DNA of 64,000 nucleotides from Actinomycetota bacterium (GTDB lineage: Bacteria > Actinomycetota > Acidimicrobiia > Acidimicrobiales > Ilumatobacteraceae): contig CP064997.1 in assembly GCA_016700055.1 (NCBI GenBank), positions 2,938,514 through 3,002,513 of the forward strand, in the 5' to 3' direction. The position numbers were made by a program, and so were the translations under genes. Within the stretch, counting starts at the first letter, position 1, and each line of letters starts with the position of its first letter. The notes under the pieces were generated by a model. It searched no databases. It saw nothing but the letters and a program-made list of their open reading frames with translations, and was not told where the DNA came from. Positions 1 through 8,707 of this stretch are shown piece after piece.

Positions 1-860
1 TCGACGCAGTGCACGCGCAGGTGGTGGGTGAGTTGCGCGATCGCCCGCTGTCGGTGATCCGGGTGACTGGCGGGCAGAGCCCATTCATGCAGAAGAACCT
101 GCCCAAGTACACGCCGGAGTGGGTGGAGCGGGCCGAGCTGTGGGCCGAGGCGTCCAAACGAGCTGTCTCCTACGCGCTCTGCAACGACCGGCGAACGTTG
201 CTCTGGTTCGCCAACCAGCGGGCCGTCGAGTACCACCCGATGCTCGCTCGCGCGGAGGACCTCGACCATCCGACACACCTCGTGATCGATCTCGACCCAC
301 CGCCCGAAGAGCCGTTCGGCTCCGTGGTCGCCGCCGCCCTCGCGGTGCGGGCGGTGCTGACCGATGTCGGGTTGGAGCCGGTGGTCAAGACGAGCGGCGC
401 GAAGGGTTTGCACGTGGTGGTTCCGATCGGATCGCTCGTGTCCGCGGAGGATGCGGGGGCGGCGACGCGTGCCGTGGCGCGGCGCACCGAGTTGCTCGCT
501 CCGTCGTCGACGACAACGGCCTTCGTGAAGGCCGATCGGGGAGGAAAGGTGTTCGTCGACGCCACGCGCACGGGTGGTGCGACCGTCGTCGCCGCCTACA
601 GCCCGCGGGCTCGTCCCGGGCTGCCGGTGTCGTTTCCCGTCGGCTGGGACGACCTCGCGGCGGTCAGCCCACGTGACTTCACCGTTCGCACGGTGCCCGG
701 CCTGCTCGGCGGACACGACCCGTGGGCCGAAGCGCTCGCGCGTCCCCAGCAGTTGCCGACCGTGCTGGTGGAGGAGGGCCACGCGATCCCTGTAGCCCGG
801 GTCGCCGCCATGCACGAGGGCCGCCGTCGTGCCAGGGCACGCCGGGCCGCCGAAGACTGA
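1..860 (+). CDS. NHEJ polymerase/primase-domain protein (LigD Pol-domain family); 5' end lies outside the window
   Basis: ORF 9..860 stays open to nt 1 in frame; motifs LRDRPLSVIRV, FMQKN, NQRAVEYHP, HLVIDLDP, KTSGAKGLHVVVPI fit the LigD polymerase (AEP) domain as I remember it. Confidence 0.75.
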   Translation, partial: DAVHAQVVGELRDRPLSVIRVTGGQSPFMQKNLPKYTPEWVERAELWAEASKRAVSYALCNDRRTLLWFANQRAVEYHPMLARAEDLDHPTHLVIDLDPPPEEPFGSVVAAALAVRAVLTDVGLEPVVKTSGAKGLHVVVPIGSLVSAEDAGAATRAVARRTELLAPSSTTTAFVKADRGGKVFVDATRTGGATVVAAYSPRARPGLPVSFPVGWDDLAAVSPRDFTVRTVPGLLGGHDPWAEALARPQQLPTVLVEEGHAIPVARVAAMHEGRRRARARRAAED

Positions 861-884
861 CGGGAGCGGTTCACAGCTAACACA

Positions 885-912
885 TTGACATTCGTCGATG
901 AATAGGTATGAT
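885..912 (+). promoter_or_regulatory. sigma70-like hexamers TTGACA-N16-TATGAT in a locally AT-rich patch
   Basis: TTGACA at 885-890, TATGAT at 907-912, 16-nt spacer; overlaps the first ATG (898) of the downstream ORF. Confidence 0.3.
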
Positions 913-1776
913 CAAGACATCGACACATCTCGATCTACCTCATCCGACCCCGAAGCCGTCAGGGCCGACGTGCGTGACCGCTACGCGCAGGCGGCGCGCG
1001 GCGTTGCCGACAATCGGGGCTGTTGCGGCTCCGGCGACGATTCGCTGACGACCGGAGTCTCCTTCGGACGGGTGCTCTACGACGAGGGCGAGCTCGCCGG
1101 CCTGCCGGACGCCGCCGCGCAGTTGTCGCTCGGCTGCGGCAACCCGACGATGCTCGCCGAACTCGCCCCCGGCCAGGTCGTGCTCGACCTCGGCGCCGGT
1201 GGCGGCATCGACGTGCTCTTGTCGGCGCGCCGCGTCGGCCCCGAGGGCAAGGCCTACGGGCTGGACATGACGCCCGAGATGGTCGAGCTCGCCCGCCGCA
1301 ACATCGCCGAAGCCGGCGTCGCCAACGCGGAGATCCTCGAAGGCACCTTGGAGGCGATCCCGCTTCCGGACGAGTCGGTCGACGTGGTCATCTCCAACTG
1401 CGTCATCAACCTCTCCCCCGACAAGCCCCAGGCGCTGCGGGAGGCCCATCGCGTGTTGCGTCCCGGAGGCCGGTTCGCCGTCTCGGACGTGGTGCTCACC
1501 CGATCGTTGCCGGGCGCCGTGCAGCGGCTGGTCGAGCTGTGGGCCGGGTGCGTGGTCGGAGCGCTGACCGCCGACGAGTACCGCACGCACCTCGAAGGCG
1601 CGGGGTTCGTCGACGTGGAGATCGTGCCCACCCTCGTCCACGACAGGGCCGCGCTGGAGGGCTTCGTCGCCGGCATCGACGTGGAGGCCGTCGCCGGTCG
1701 GGATCGAGACGAGCTGCTCGCCGAGCTGGACGGCACGATCATGAACGCATTCGTGCGCGCCCGGCGCCCGCACTGA
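898..1776 (+). CDS. arsM: SAM-dependent methyltransferase, arsenite methyltransferase (ArsM)-like
   Basis: VRDRYAQAA, CCGS, LGCGNPT, VLDLGAGGGIDVLLSARRVGPEGKAYGLDMTPEM, VVISNCVINLSPDK, LRPGGRFAVSDVV are collinear with the ArsM family; start uncertain (ATG 898 versus in-frame GTG 970). Confidence 0.8.
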   Translation: MNRYDQDIDTSRSTSSDPEAVRADVRDRYAQAARGVADNRGCCGSGDDSLTTGVSFGRVLYDEGELAGLPDAAAQLSLGCGNPTMLAELAPGQVVLDLGAGGGIDVLLSARRVGPEGKAYGLDMTPEMVELARRNIAEAGVANAEILEGTLEAIPLPDESVDVVISNCVINLSPDKPQALREAHRVLRPGGRFAVSDVVLTRSLPGAVQRLVELWAGCVVGALTADEYRTHLEGAGFVDVEIVPTLVHDRAALEGFVAGIDVEAVAGRDRDELLAELDGTIMNAFVRARRPH

Positions 1777-1846
1777 CCTCGGTCGTCCGCGTTCGGCCGC
1801 ACGCGCGCGTGGTTGGAGGCGCCGCTCGCGGGGTACGTCGGGGGAC

Positions 1847-2803
1847 ATGACCACTTGGGGCTACACACTGTCCAGCGAGGAGTTCGGACCGCGCGCGCTG
1901 GTCGAGCAGGCGCGCATCGCCGAGGACTCCGGGTTCTCGTTCCTCACCGTCTCCGATCACTTCCACCCCTGGACGCGGAGCCAGGGCGAGAGCCCGCTCG
2001 TATGGACCACCATCGGCGGAGTGGCGATGGCGACGAACGGGATCCCGATCGGCACCGGCGTCTCGTGCCCGATCCTGCGCAACCACCCGACGATGGTCGC
2101 CCAGGCCGCCGCGACGTGCTCGTCGATCACCGACGGGCGCTTCTTCCTCGGCGTGGGGACTGGGGAGTGGCTGAACGAGCATGTGATCGGCGGGGCATGG
2201 CCGCCGGTGGACGTGCGCCGGGAGATGCTCGCCGAGGCCGTCGGCATCATGCGCCGACTGTGGACCGGCGAGACCGTCGACCACCGTGGGCGGTACTTCA
2301 CGGTCGACAGCGCGAGGGTGTTCACCGAACCCGCCGCGCCGATCGAGGTGATCTGGGCGGCCGCCGGACCGGAGTCCGCGGCGGCCGCTGCCGAGCACGC
2401 TGACGGCCTGTGGTCCACCTCCCCCGATCCCGACGTGGTCGGCGCCTACCGGGCCGGCGGTGGCACCGGCCCCGTCTACGGGCAGGTCACCGTCTGCTGG
2501 GCGAGCGAGCGCGAAGACGCGGTGAAGACGGCGTTGCAGGTGTGGCCGAACGCCGGCGTGCCCGGGCAGCTGTCCCAGGACCTGGCCACCTGGGTCGAGT
2601 TCGAGCAGGTCGGCGAACTGGTGACCGCTGAGATGATCACCGAGCGCATCCCGTGCGGTCCGGACCCCGCTCCCGTGGTCGAGCAGGTCCGCGCGTACGA
2701 GGACGCAGGCTTCGACCACATCCACTTCCACCAGGTGGGCCCCGATCAGCGCGGGTTCGTCGACTTCTGGACGTCGGAGCTGGCTCCCGCGCTCGAGGGA
2801 TGA
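1847..2803 (+). CDS. LLM-class (luciferase-like) oxidoreductase, F420-dependent G6PDH-related family
   Basis: MTTWGYTLSSEEFGP..., SGFSFLTVSDHFHPW, GTGVSCPILRNHP, FFLGVGTGEWLNEH typical of this LLM subfamily; GGGGGAC RBS-like run before ATG. Confidence 0.75.
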   Translation: MTTWGYTLSSEEFGPRALVEQARIAEDSGFSFLTVSDHFHPWTRSQGESPLVWTTIGGVAMATNGIPIGTGVSCPILRNHPTMVAQAAATCSSITDGRFFLGVGTGEWLNEHVIGGAWPPVDVRREMLAEAVGIMRRLWTGETVDHRGRYFTVDSARVFTEPAAPIEVIWAAAGPESAAAAAEHADGLWSTSPDPDVVGAYRAGGGTGPVYGQVTVCWASEREDAVKTALQVWPNAGVPGQLSQDLATWVEFEQVGELVTAEMITERIPCGPDPAPVVEQVRAYEDAGFDHIHFHQVGPDQRGFVDFWTSELAPALEG

Positions 2804-4890
2804 CCCGCCCGGCGTTGCACCGCTACGCCGTCGTCCACTTCCAGGTCGAGCCTGCCCGCGCGTGAGCAGAGCCCGCTGATGCGCAGCCAGGGCAGCCCGT
2901 CGAGGTCGTCGCGGCGTAGCTCGATGCCGTCGCGCGTCGGCTCGATGCCGAGCAACGCTCGCACGAGCAGCAGGATCGACGCCGAGGACCAGGCCTGGGG
3001 CGAGCAGGACGACGGATAGGGCACCGGAACCGGTACTTCGTCGCGGGAGATGCCGGCGAACAGCTCGGGCGGACGACCTCCGAAGTGCTCGACCGCGGCG
3101 AGCATGCCCTCGACGATCGTGTCGACGACGTCGAACCGACCGTACCGGGCGGCACCTGCGGCACAGATCGCGGTGTCGTGGGGCCAGACCGAACCGTTGT
3201 GATAGCTGAGCGGGTCGTAGGCCGCCATCGTGTCGGCGAGGGTGCGCACTCCCCATCCCGACCACAGGCCGGCGTCGCAGACACGGTCCAGGTAGCGGTC
3301 GGCGAGCTCGGGTTCGGCGATCCCCTTCCACAGCGCATGGCCGGGGTTGCTGGTGAGCGAGTCGATCGGGCGTCCGAATCCGTCGACGCCGAGGGCGTAC
3401 CAGCCGCGCTCGTCCCAGAGGACCTCGTTGCATCGTCCGCGCAGCTGCTGCGCGCGGGCGCGGAGGTCGGCGGCGTCGAAGCCGAGGGTGTCGACCCCGG
3501 CCGACTCGATCAGCTCGGCCGCGCCGAGCAACGCGTCGTAGACGTAGCCCTGTACCTCGATCAGGCCGATCGGAGGCACCGACAGCATCCCGTTCGCGAA
3601 CGTGACCCCGTCCCAGCTGTCCTTCCAACCCTGGTTCGTGAGCCCGCTCGGGCCACGGCGGCGGTAGTCGACGAAGCCGTCACCGTCGGAATCCCCGTAG
3701 CGGATGATCCAGCTCAGCGCGTCGCGCACCGACGGCGCGAGCTCGTGCAAGTCGTCGGCGTCGAGCGCTCCCCACCGCCAGGCCTCTGCGGTCAGACCGA
3801 CGAAGAGGGGCGTAGCGTCGACCGAGCCGAAGTAGCGCTGCCGCTCGGTGAACGCCCCACCGCCGCCCGGCCGGCGCAGCTCGTGCAGGATCTTGCCGGG
3901 CTGCTCGTCGGCCGCAGGGTCGTCGGCCCTGCCGCGCAGCTCGCCCAGCTCGCGCAAGGTCCCGGCGGCGAGGGACGAGTCGAAGGGCAGCGTCATCCAC
4001 GAGGTGAGCAGCGAGTCCCGTCCGAACAGCGTCATGAACCAGGGCGCCCCGGCCGCGACGACGACGCGCTCTGGGTGGCTGCGGTCGACGATCCGCAGGG
4101 CGGACAGGTCGGCGAAGGTCTGGTTGACCGCGGTGACGAGGCGCGGTTCGGTCGACTCGAGCGTCGGAGCCGCCGCTCTCCATTCGCGGTGGCGCACCAG
4201 CGGCAGGGCGTCGGCAGGAGCGGTCCCGATGGGGAAGGCGAGCCCGGCGGGCGAGCCGTCGACCACGGGCTCGACGGTCACCGTGAGGCGCACCGGCGCG
4301 CCGGCGGTGACCTCGACCGACCAGGCGAAGGTACCGCTGGCCACGTCCACCTCGTGCGGCGGGATCGAGAACGCGAGACGCGTCGCTGCCCGCGGCCCGC
4401 TGCGCTCCGTGCGCTCCAGGGCCCAGTGCCCGTCCACTTGTCGCAGAGCACACGCACCGCCGCCGCGCGCGGCCTTCACGTCGAACAGGTGGGCGAAGTC
4501 CGCGGCCACGGACAGGGTCACGTGCAGCGACCGCGGCGCGTGGCCGGTCTCCACGAGCTCGATCTCGTCGCGCAGGCCCCGGGCGATCCACCTCCGCCGG
4601 ACCATCAGGCAGCGGGTGGCGACGTCGTCTGCGTCGTGCAAGCGCTGCACCGACACCGAAGACAGCGGTGTGGGTGCCGTCGCGGCCAGCGTGTGCAGCC
4701 TGGCCCCGCCGACGGCGACGCGAAGGTAGGAGAGGTGGCGCAGGTCGTCGTAGATCAGCCCATGCGTGCCGCCGGTGCAGTTGCCGGAGAGCTCGGAGAT
4801 GACGAACGTGCGGCCGTCGACGAGGGTCAGCTCACCGGGGGAGCCGACAACCGGCACCGATTCCGCAGCGGCGTCGAGCGGCGACCTCAT
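2746..4890 (-). CDS. amylo-alpha-1,6-glucosidase / glycogen-debranching-enzyme-like protein (GDE N-terminal plus GDE_C-type catalytic domain)
   Basis: 714 aa; GAPWFMTLFGRDSLLTSWM, GKILHELR, GWKDSWDG, YHNGSVWPHDTA, PQAWSSAS motifs of the (alpha/alpha)6 GDE_C family; 3' end overlaps convergent LLM gene by 58 nt. Confidence 0.8.
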   Translation of the reverse strand: MRSPLDAAAESVPVVGSPGELTLVDGRTFVISELSGNCTGGTHGLIYDDLRHLSYLRVAVGGARLHTLAATAPTPLSSVSVQRLHDADDVATRCLMVRRRWIARGLRDEIELVETGHAPRSLHVTLSVAADFAHLFDVKAARGGGACALRQVDGHWALERTERSGPRAATRLAFSIPPHEVDVASGTFAWSVEVTAGAPVRLTVTVEPVVDGSPAGLAFPIGTAPADALPLVRHREWRAAAPTLESTEPRLVTAVNQTFADLSALRIVDRSHPERVVVAAGAPWFMTLFGRDSLLTSWMTLPFDSSLAAGTLRELGELRGRADDPAADEQPGKILHELRRPGGGGAFTERQRYFGSVDATPLFVGLTAEAWRWGALDADDLHELAPSVRDALSWIIRYGDSDGDGFVDYRRRGPSGLTNQGWKDSWDGVTFANGMLSVPPIGLIEVQGYVYDALLGAAELIESAGVDTLGFDAADLRARAQQLRGRCNEVLWDERGWYALGVDGFGRPIDSLTSNPGHALWKGIAEPELADRYLDRVCDAGLWSGWGVRTLADTMAAYDPLSYHNGSVWPHDTAICAAGAARYGRFDVVDTIVEGMLAAVEHFGGRPPELFAGISRDEVPVPVPYPSSCSPQAWSSASILLLVRALLGIEPTRDGIELRRDDLDGLPWLRISGLCSRAGRLDLEVDDGVAVQRRAGHPSSAGASSDVQKSTNPR

Positions 4891-4905
4891 CGGAACATTC
4901 TCGTT

Positions 4906-4931
4906 CCCGGCCGGGGACGGGTCCGGCCGGG
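4906..4931 (-). terminator. GC hairpin (CCCGGCCGG-N8-CCGGCCGGG) between CBS gene and GDE-like gene; possible attenuator or processing site, no U-tract
   Basis: 9-bp perfect inverted repeat read directly in the 54-nt intercistronic gap. Confidence 0.2.
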
Positions 4932-4944
4932 AGCAAGAAGTGGG

Positions 4945-5367
4945 TCAGTTGTTCGGCGGGGCAGAGCTGATCTCGCCCAAAGTCGAGCTGCGATCGCGGT
5001 CGCGCGCGAGGTCGCCGAGGCTGACGATGCCGATCGGGCGACCGTCCTGCACGACCGGCAGGCGTCTCAGCGCGCGGTCGCCCATCAGCTTGACGGCGTG
5101 GTTGACGGTGTCGGTCGGGGCGACGGTCACCAGGTCTCTGCTGCAGATCTCGCTCAGCCGCACCTCACGGGGGTTCTTGCCTTCGGCGACCGCTCGAACG
5201 ACGATGTCGCGGTCGGTGACGATGCCGCACACCACGCCTCCGTCGCAGACGATCACGTCGCCAATGTCGCGCTGCTTCATCTTCAGCGCGGCCTCGGCGG
5301 CGGTGGTGGTCGACTCGAGGACGACGAGCTCTCTGGTCATCAGGTCCGAGATGGTCATGTGCTGCAT
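4945..5367 (-). CDS. CBS-domain pair protein
   Basis: Start trimmed to ATG 5367 (MQHMTISDLMTRELVV...); two CBS repeats (IGDVIVCDGG..GIVTDRDIV and RRLPVVQDGRPIGIVSLGDL); upstream part of ORF 4945..5568 is Arg/Ser-rich junk. Confidence 0.85.
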   Translation of the reverse strand: MQHMTISDLMTRELVVLESTTTAAEAALKMKQRDIGDVIVCDGGVVCGIVTDRDIVVRAVAEGKNPREVRLSEICSRDLVTVAPTDTVNHAVKLMGDRALRRLPVVQDGRPIGIVSLGDLARDRDRSSTLGEISSAPPNN

Positions 5368-5389
5368 TCCTTCCGGGTCAGCTGGATCT

Positions 5390-5734
5390 TCAAGAGGTTC
5401 CCGGAACCGGCTTCTGCGAAACAGTCGAGACAGCTTCGACGGTGGTCGTCTCCACCAACCTCTCGACGACGCGCTCCTCGATCGGGTTGTCCAGCTGGTG
5501 CTGGACCTCACGCTGCTGCTCCACCTCGACCCGGGCGGCCTGCCACGCCGACCAGTGGCCCGACACAAGGGCCCAGAGAGACAGCACCGACACGTAGACC
5601 ACCTGCGACGTCCACCCGGTGACGACCGAGATCGGAATCATCACGAGCCAGAAGATGGTCATCCACCCGTTGACCCGGCGCATGAACACCGGATTGCCTT
5701 GCACCGAAGCCCACAACGACTTGACCAGGGACAT
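5390..5734 (-). CDS. small membrane protein, unknown function
   Basis: Two hydrophobic spans (WMTIFWLVMIPISVVTGW, VVYVSVLSLWALVSGHW); sits 6 nt after the upstream stop inside a tight operon. Confidence 0.5.
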   Translation of the reverse strand: MSLVKSLWASVQGNPVFMRRVNGWMTIFWLVMIPISVVTGWTSQVVYVSVLSLWALVSGHWSAWQAARVEVEQQREVQHQLDNPIEERVVERLVETTTVEAVSTVSQKPVPGTS

Positions 5735-5740
5735 CGTCGT

Positions 5741-6469
5741 TCACCGCCTCTCCGTCGGGAGCAGCTCGTACACCCTGAACGGCGCGCCGATCACGGGCAT
5801 CGCGACGTTGCGCACCCGGACGCCGCCCGGCGTGAGCCCGCGCTCGGTGCCGCGGTGCGCGTGCCCGTGCACCACCAGGTCGGCGCCCGCCTTGTCGATC
5901 GCCTCGGCGAGCAGGTAGCTGCCAAGGAACGGGTAGATCTCCGGGGGCTCGCCGACGAGCGTCTCGGGCACCGGCGAGTAGTGGAGCAGCGCGATGCGAA
6001 CGTCGGAGGTGAGCCCACGGAGGCTCTCGGCGAGACCGTCGGCGAGCATCGCGCTGTGCCGCACGAACGCCTTCATCAACGGTTCGCCGAACTCACTCGC
6101 GCATCGGCCGGCGAAGCCGCCCCCGAAGCCCGTCGTGCCGGCGATGCCGACGGAGGTGCCGTTCACCTGCACGACGGTCGTCGTGCGCTCCAGCACCTGC
6201 ACGGAGGCGCGCTCGAGCCTTTCCACCACGGCGGCGGACTCCTCCGCGTGGTGGTCGTGGTTGCCGAGCACGGCCACCACCGGCACGGTCACGTCGGCCA
6301 GCTCGTTCGCCAGGCAATCCGCCTCCTCGACCGTGCCGATCTGCGTGAGGTCCCCGGCGAGCAGCAGCACGTCTGCACAGGTGGCGATCGAGCGGAGTCC
6401 GCTCGCCAGGCGTCCCCTGGTGTCGCAGCCCACGTGCACGTCGCCGACGGCGGCGATCCGGACGGTCAC
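5741..6469 (-). CDS. metallophosphoesterase (calcineurin-like)
   Basis: Start set to GTG 6469 (VTVRIAAVGDVHVG); GDxH, LLLAGDLT, VLGNHDHH, VVHGHAHRG motifs; GTGA overlap with upstream stop; GGAGG 4 nt upstream. Confidence 0.8.
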   Translation of the reverse strand: MTVRIAAVGDVHVGCDTRGRLASGLRSIATCADVLLLAGDLTQIGTVEEADCLANELADVTVPVVAVLGNHDHHAEESAAVVERLERASVQVLERTTTVVQVNGTSVGIAGTTGFGGGFAGRCASEFGEPLMKAFVRHSAMLADGLAESLRGLTSDVRIALLHYSPVPETLVGEPPEIYPFLGSYLLAEAIDKAGADLVVHGHAHRGTERGLTPGGVRVRNVAMPVIGAPFRVYELLPTERR

Positions 6470-6729
6470 AGCACCTCCGGGTCGCCGTGGGGCTCCTCGA
6501 CCGCGCTGACGCACAGATCGTCGACGATCTCGTACTCAGGGGCGTGCTCGGCGAGGACCGCGATCAGCGCGACGCGCCTTTGCGGTGTCGCGACCACACC
6601 ACGGGCGACGATCCGTGACTCGACCGCGATCAGCTCGACTCCCTGTTCACGCAGGCGCGGGTCGTCGAGCAGCGCCTGGCGCAGGTGCGCCACGCGGTAT
6701 GCCGAGGGCTCGGGCTGCGCGGCGTCCAT
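6466..6729 (-). CDS. BON-domain-like small protein
   Basis: 87 aa; LRQALLDDPRL...VELIAVESRIVARGVVATPQRRVALIAVL...IVDDLCV resembles a single BON domain; translationally coupled on both sides. Confidence 0.5.
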   Translation of the reverse strand: MDAAQPEPSAYRVAHLRQALLDDPRLREQGVELIAVESRIVARGVVATPQRRVALIAVLAEHAPEYEIVDDLCVSAVEEPHGDPEVL

Positions 6730-6732
6730 GCG

Positions 6733-7362
6733 TCATCTCCACATGTCGGCGATGCGCTGGTCGAGGCTGCGCACGACACCTGCCGGCACGGGAATGTCCG
6801 ACGAGAGCGCGAAGTGCAACAGGCTGGCGACGCGGTTGGGGCAGTTGCGGGCGCGCCGGAGCAGGTAGTCCCAGTCGAGCTCGGTGCCGGTCAGGATCGC
6901 CAGGGCGTCGTACCAGTGGCGCGGCGAGGTCTCGTCGGTGGTCGCCGCCTTGGTGACGATCAGGTCCTCCGGCGGAGCCACCGGCAGATCCACGCCGCGG
7001 AAGGTGATCCACCGGATCCGCTCGGCCATCTCGGCATCGAAGTAGATGTCGGACTTGATCTTGAAGATCACGTCGACCACGACGTCGTCGCGGAACGCCT
7101 TGTAGATCCACGCCGGATTCGTCTGCTCGACGAGGAAGCCCCCGCCGGCGAGGACGCTCAGCACGGCGTCGGCGGTCTCTGCCCGGCACAAGAAGTCGAT
7201 GTCGTTGGTGTGCCGCGGTCGACCGTAGGCGGCCGAGGCGACCCCGCCGATCACCGCGAAGGGGATGGCGGCCTCGTGGACGAGGCGCACCGATTCGGTG
7301 AGCACGGCGAGGAAGCTCCGATCCGAGGTCCGCACCTCTTCGATCTCACGCGCTGCGCGCAT
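6733..7362 (-). CDS. nucleotidyltransferase-fold protein (AbiEii/MNT-like GGxA...RxTxDIDF motif)
   Basis: FAVIGGVASAAYGRPRHTNDIDFLC matches the minimal NTase G-[GS]...D-x-D signature; overlaps GT4 stop by 17 nt. Confidence 0.6.
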   Translation of the reverse strand: MRAAREIEEVRTSDRSFLAVLTESVRLVHEAAIPFAVIGGVASAAYGRPRHTNDIDFLCRAETADAVLSVLAGGGFLVEQTNPAWIYKAFRDDVVVDVIFKIKSDIYFDAEMAERIRWITFRGVDLPVAPPEDLIVTKAATTDETSPRHWYDALAILTGTELDWDYLLRRARNCPNRVASLLHFALSSDIPVPAGVVRSLDQRIADMWR

Positions 7363-8428
7363 CCGTTGCTCCCGCGGACGCTCTGGCCATCAGCTCGGCG
7401 TACACCCGCTCGTAGCCGTCGGCCATCTGCTCGACCCCGAAGTCGCGGGCACGGCGCCGGCAGTCGGCGGGGTCGATCTCGCCGATCCGGTCGACCGCTC
7501 TCACCATGTCTTCGGGGTCGTCGCAGATGAATCCGCTGACCCCGTGCTCCAAGATCTCTGGAACAGAGCCGCGGCGCAGCGCGATCACCGGTGTGCCGGC
7601 GGCCAGCGACTCGATCATCACGAGCCCGAACGGCTCGGGCCAGTCGCTCGGGAACAGCGTCGCCGCAGCATTCGCGAAGAAGCCAGGCTTCTCGGCCTCG
7701 CCGAGCTCGCCGAGGAACTCGACGTGGTCACCGGCGAGCAGCGGCTCGATCTCGTGACGGAAGTACTCGGTGTCGAACGGGTCGACCTTGGCGGCGATCT
7801 TCAGCTGCCATCCCGTGCGGCGAGCGACCTCGATCGCGACGTCGGGCCGCTTCTCGTGCGACATGCGTCCGAGGAAGGCGAGGTAGCCGCCGTCGTCACG
7901 CGGGTGGCGGTGGTAGTCGCCGAGCGCCAGCCCGTTCGGCACCGTGGCCATCCACTGCAGGGGCAGCGACGCCACCGCCCGCCGCTGGTCGTCGCTGATC
8001 GAAACGAGCGCCGCGCCACGGGCACGGGACAGCGCGATGCGGGCGTGGGCGACGTCGAGTCGACCGTGCATCGTCAACAGCCAGGGCGTGTACGGCGAGC
8101 CGACGGCGCTCATGTAGGGCAGCGAGAGGTCGACGTGGCTGTGGATCACGTCGAACTCGTCCGCGCGCAGCAACACCTCGTCGAGCATCTGCTCGTGCAG
8201 GCGAGGCCCGTGCTCCGCGAGCTCGGCCGCCCCCATGCGTGACCGCAGCGGGCTGTGCACGGCAGGCTCGAGGCGCGCAGTCGTGGTGGAGGTAGCGGTC
8301 GCGAAGAGCGTCACGTCATGGCCGGCGGCAACGAGGCCGTCGCACAGGCCGGCCACGACACGCTCGGTCCCGCCGTACGTCGCGGGCGGCACGTCTTCGT
8401 ACAAGGGGGCGATCTGGGCGATGCGCAT
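7346..8428 (-). CDS. glycosyltransferase family 4 (GT-B, group 1)
   Basis: Start trimmed to ATG 8428 (MRIAQIAPLYEDVPPATYGGTERVV); C-terminal E-x7-E region (PSDWPEPFGLVMIESLAAGTPVIA). Confidence 0.85.
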   Translation of the reverse strand: MRIAQIAPLYEDVPPATYGGTERVVAGLCDGLVAAGHDVTLFATATSTTTARLEPAVHSPLRSRMGAAELAEHGPRLHEQMLDEVLLRADEFDVIHSHVDLSLPYMSAVGSPYTPWLLTMHGRLDVAHARIALSRARGAALVSISDDQRRAVASLPLQWMATVPNGLALGDYHRHPRDDGGYLAFLGRMSHEKRPDVAIEVARRTGWQLKIAAKVDPFDTEYFRHEIEPLLAGDHVEFLGELGEAEKPGFFANAAATLFPSDWPEPFGLVMIESLAAGTPVIALRRGSVPEILEHGVSGFICDDPEDMVRAVDRIGEIDPADCRRRARDFGVEQMADGYERVYAELMARASAGATDARSA

Positions 8429-8622
8429 CAGATGCTCTCCGACGCCGCGAGGGGAACCAGGTGGCCGAGACTGTGCCGGAACACTCCTCCACAGTTCGGG
8501 CAGCCGCGCGTCGTGCCATCGACGACCATCAGGTCGGCGCCACAGCGTGGGCAGGGGGCAGCGAAGATCGAGCTGATTCCGGAGATCGACGGATCTGGCG
8601 CGCCGGCGGTGATCTGTTGCAT
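8428..8622 (-). CDS. small zinc-ribbon protein (CPRC...CPNC)
   Basis: 64 aa with two CxxC pairs 16 residues apart; its TGA shares one nt with the GT4 ATG (TGATG); GC-rich third positions. Confidence 0.5.
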   Translation of the reverse strand: MQQITAGAPDPSISGISSIFAAPCPRCGADLMVVDGTTRGCPNCGGVFRHSLGHLVPLAASESI

Positions 8623-8707
8623 CCGTCGCCGTTACCCCGGCGGCGTGGGCGTCAAACGGTGCAGACCGGCGTTTCGGCACTCGCGGAACAGGGAAACACA
8701 GGCGTTC

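Noticed and set aside
3085-5622. 845-aa plus-strand ORF, along with similar long ORFs such as 1739..3628(-), 16319..18154(+), 31634..33703(+), 38459..40339(+), 43627..45144(+) and 59233..60936(+).
   Set aside because: They lie antisense to or out of frame with ORFs that carry clear domain motifs. Their translations are Arg/Gly/Ala/Pro-rich low-complexity strings, typical of stop-poor shadow frames in very GC-rich DNA.
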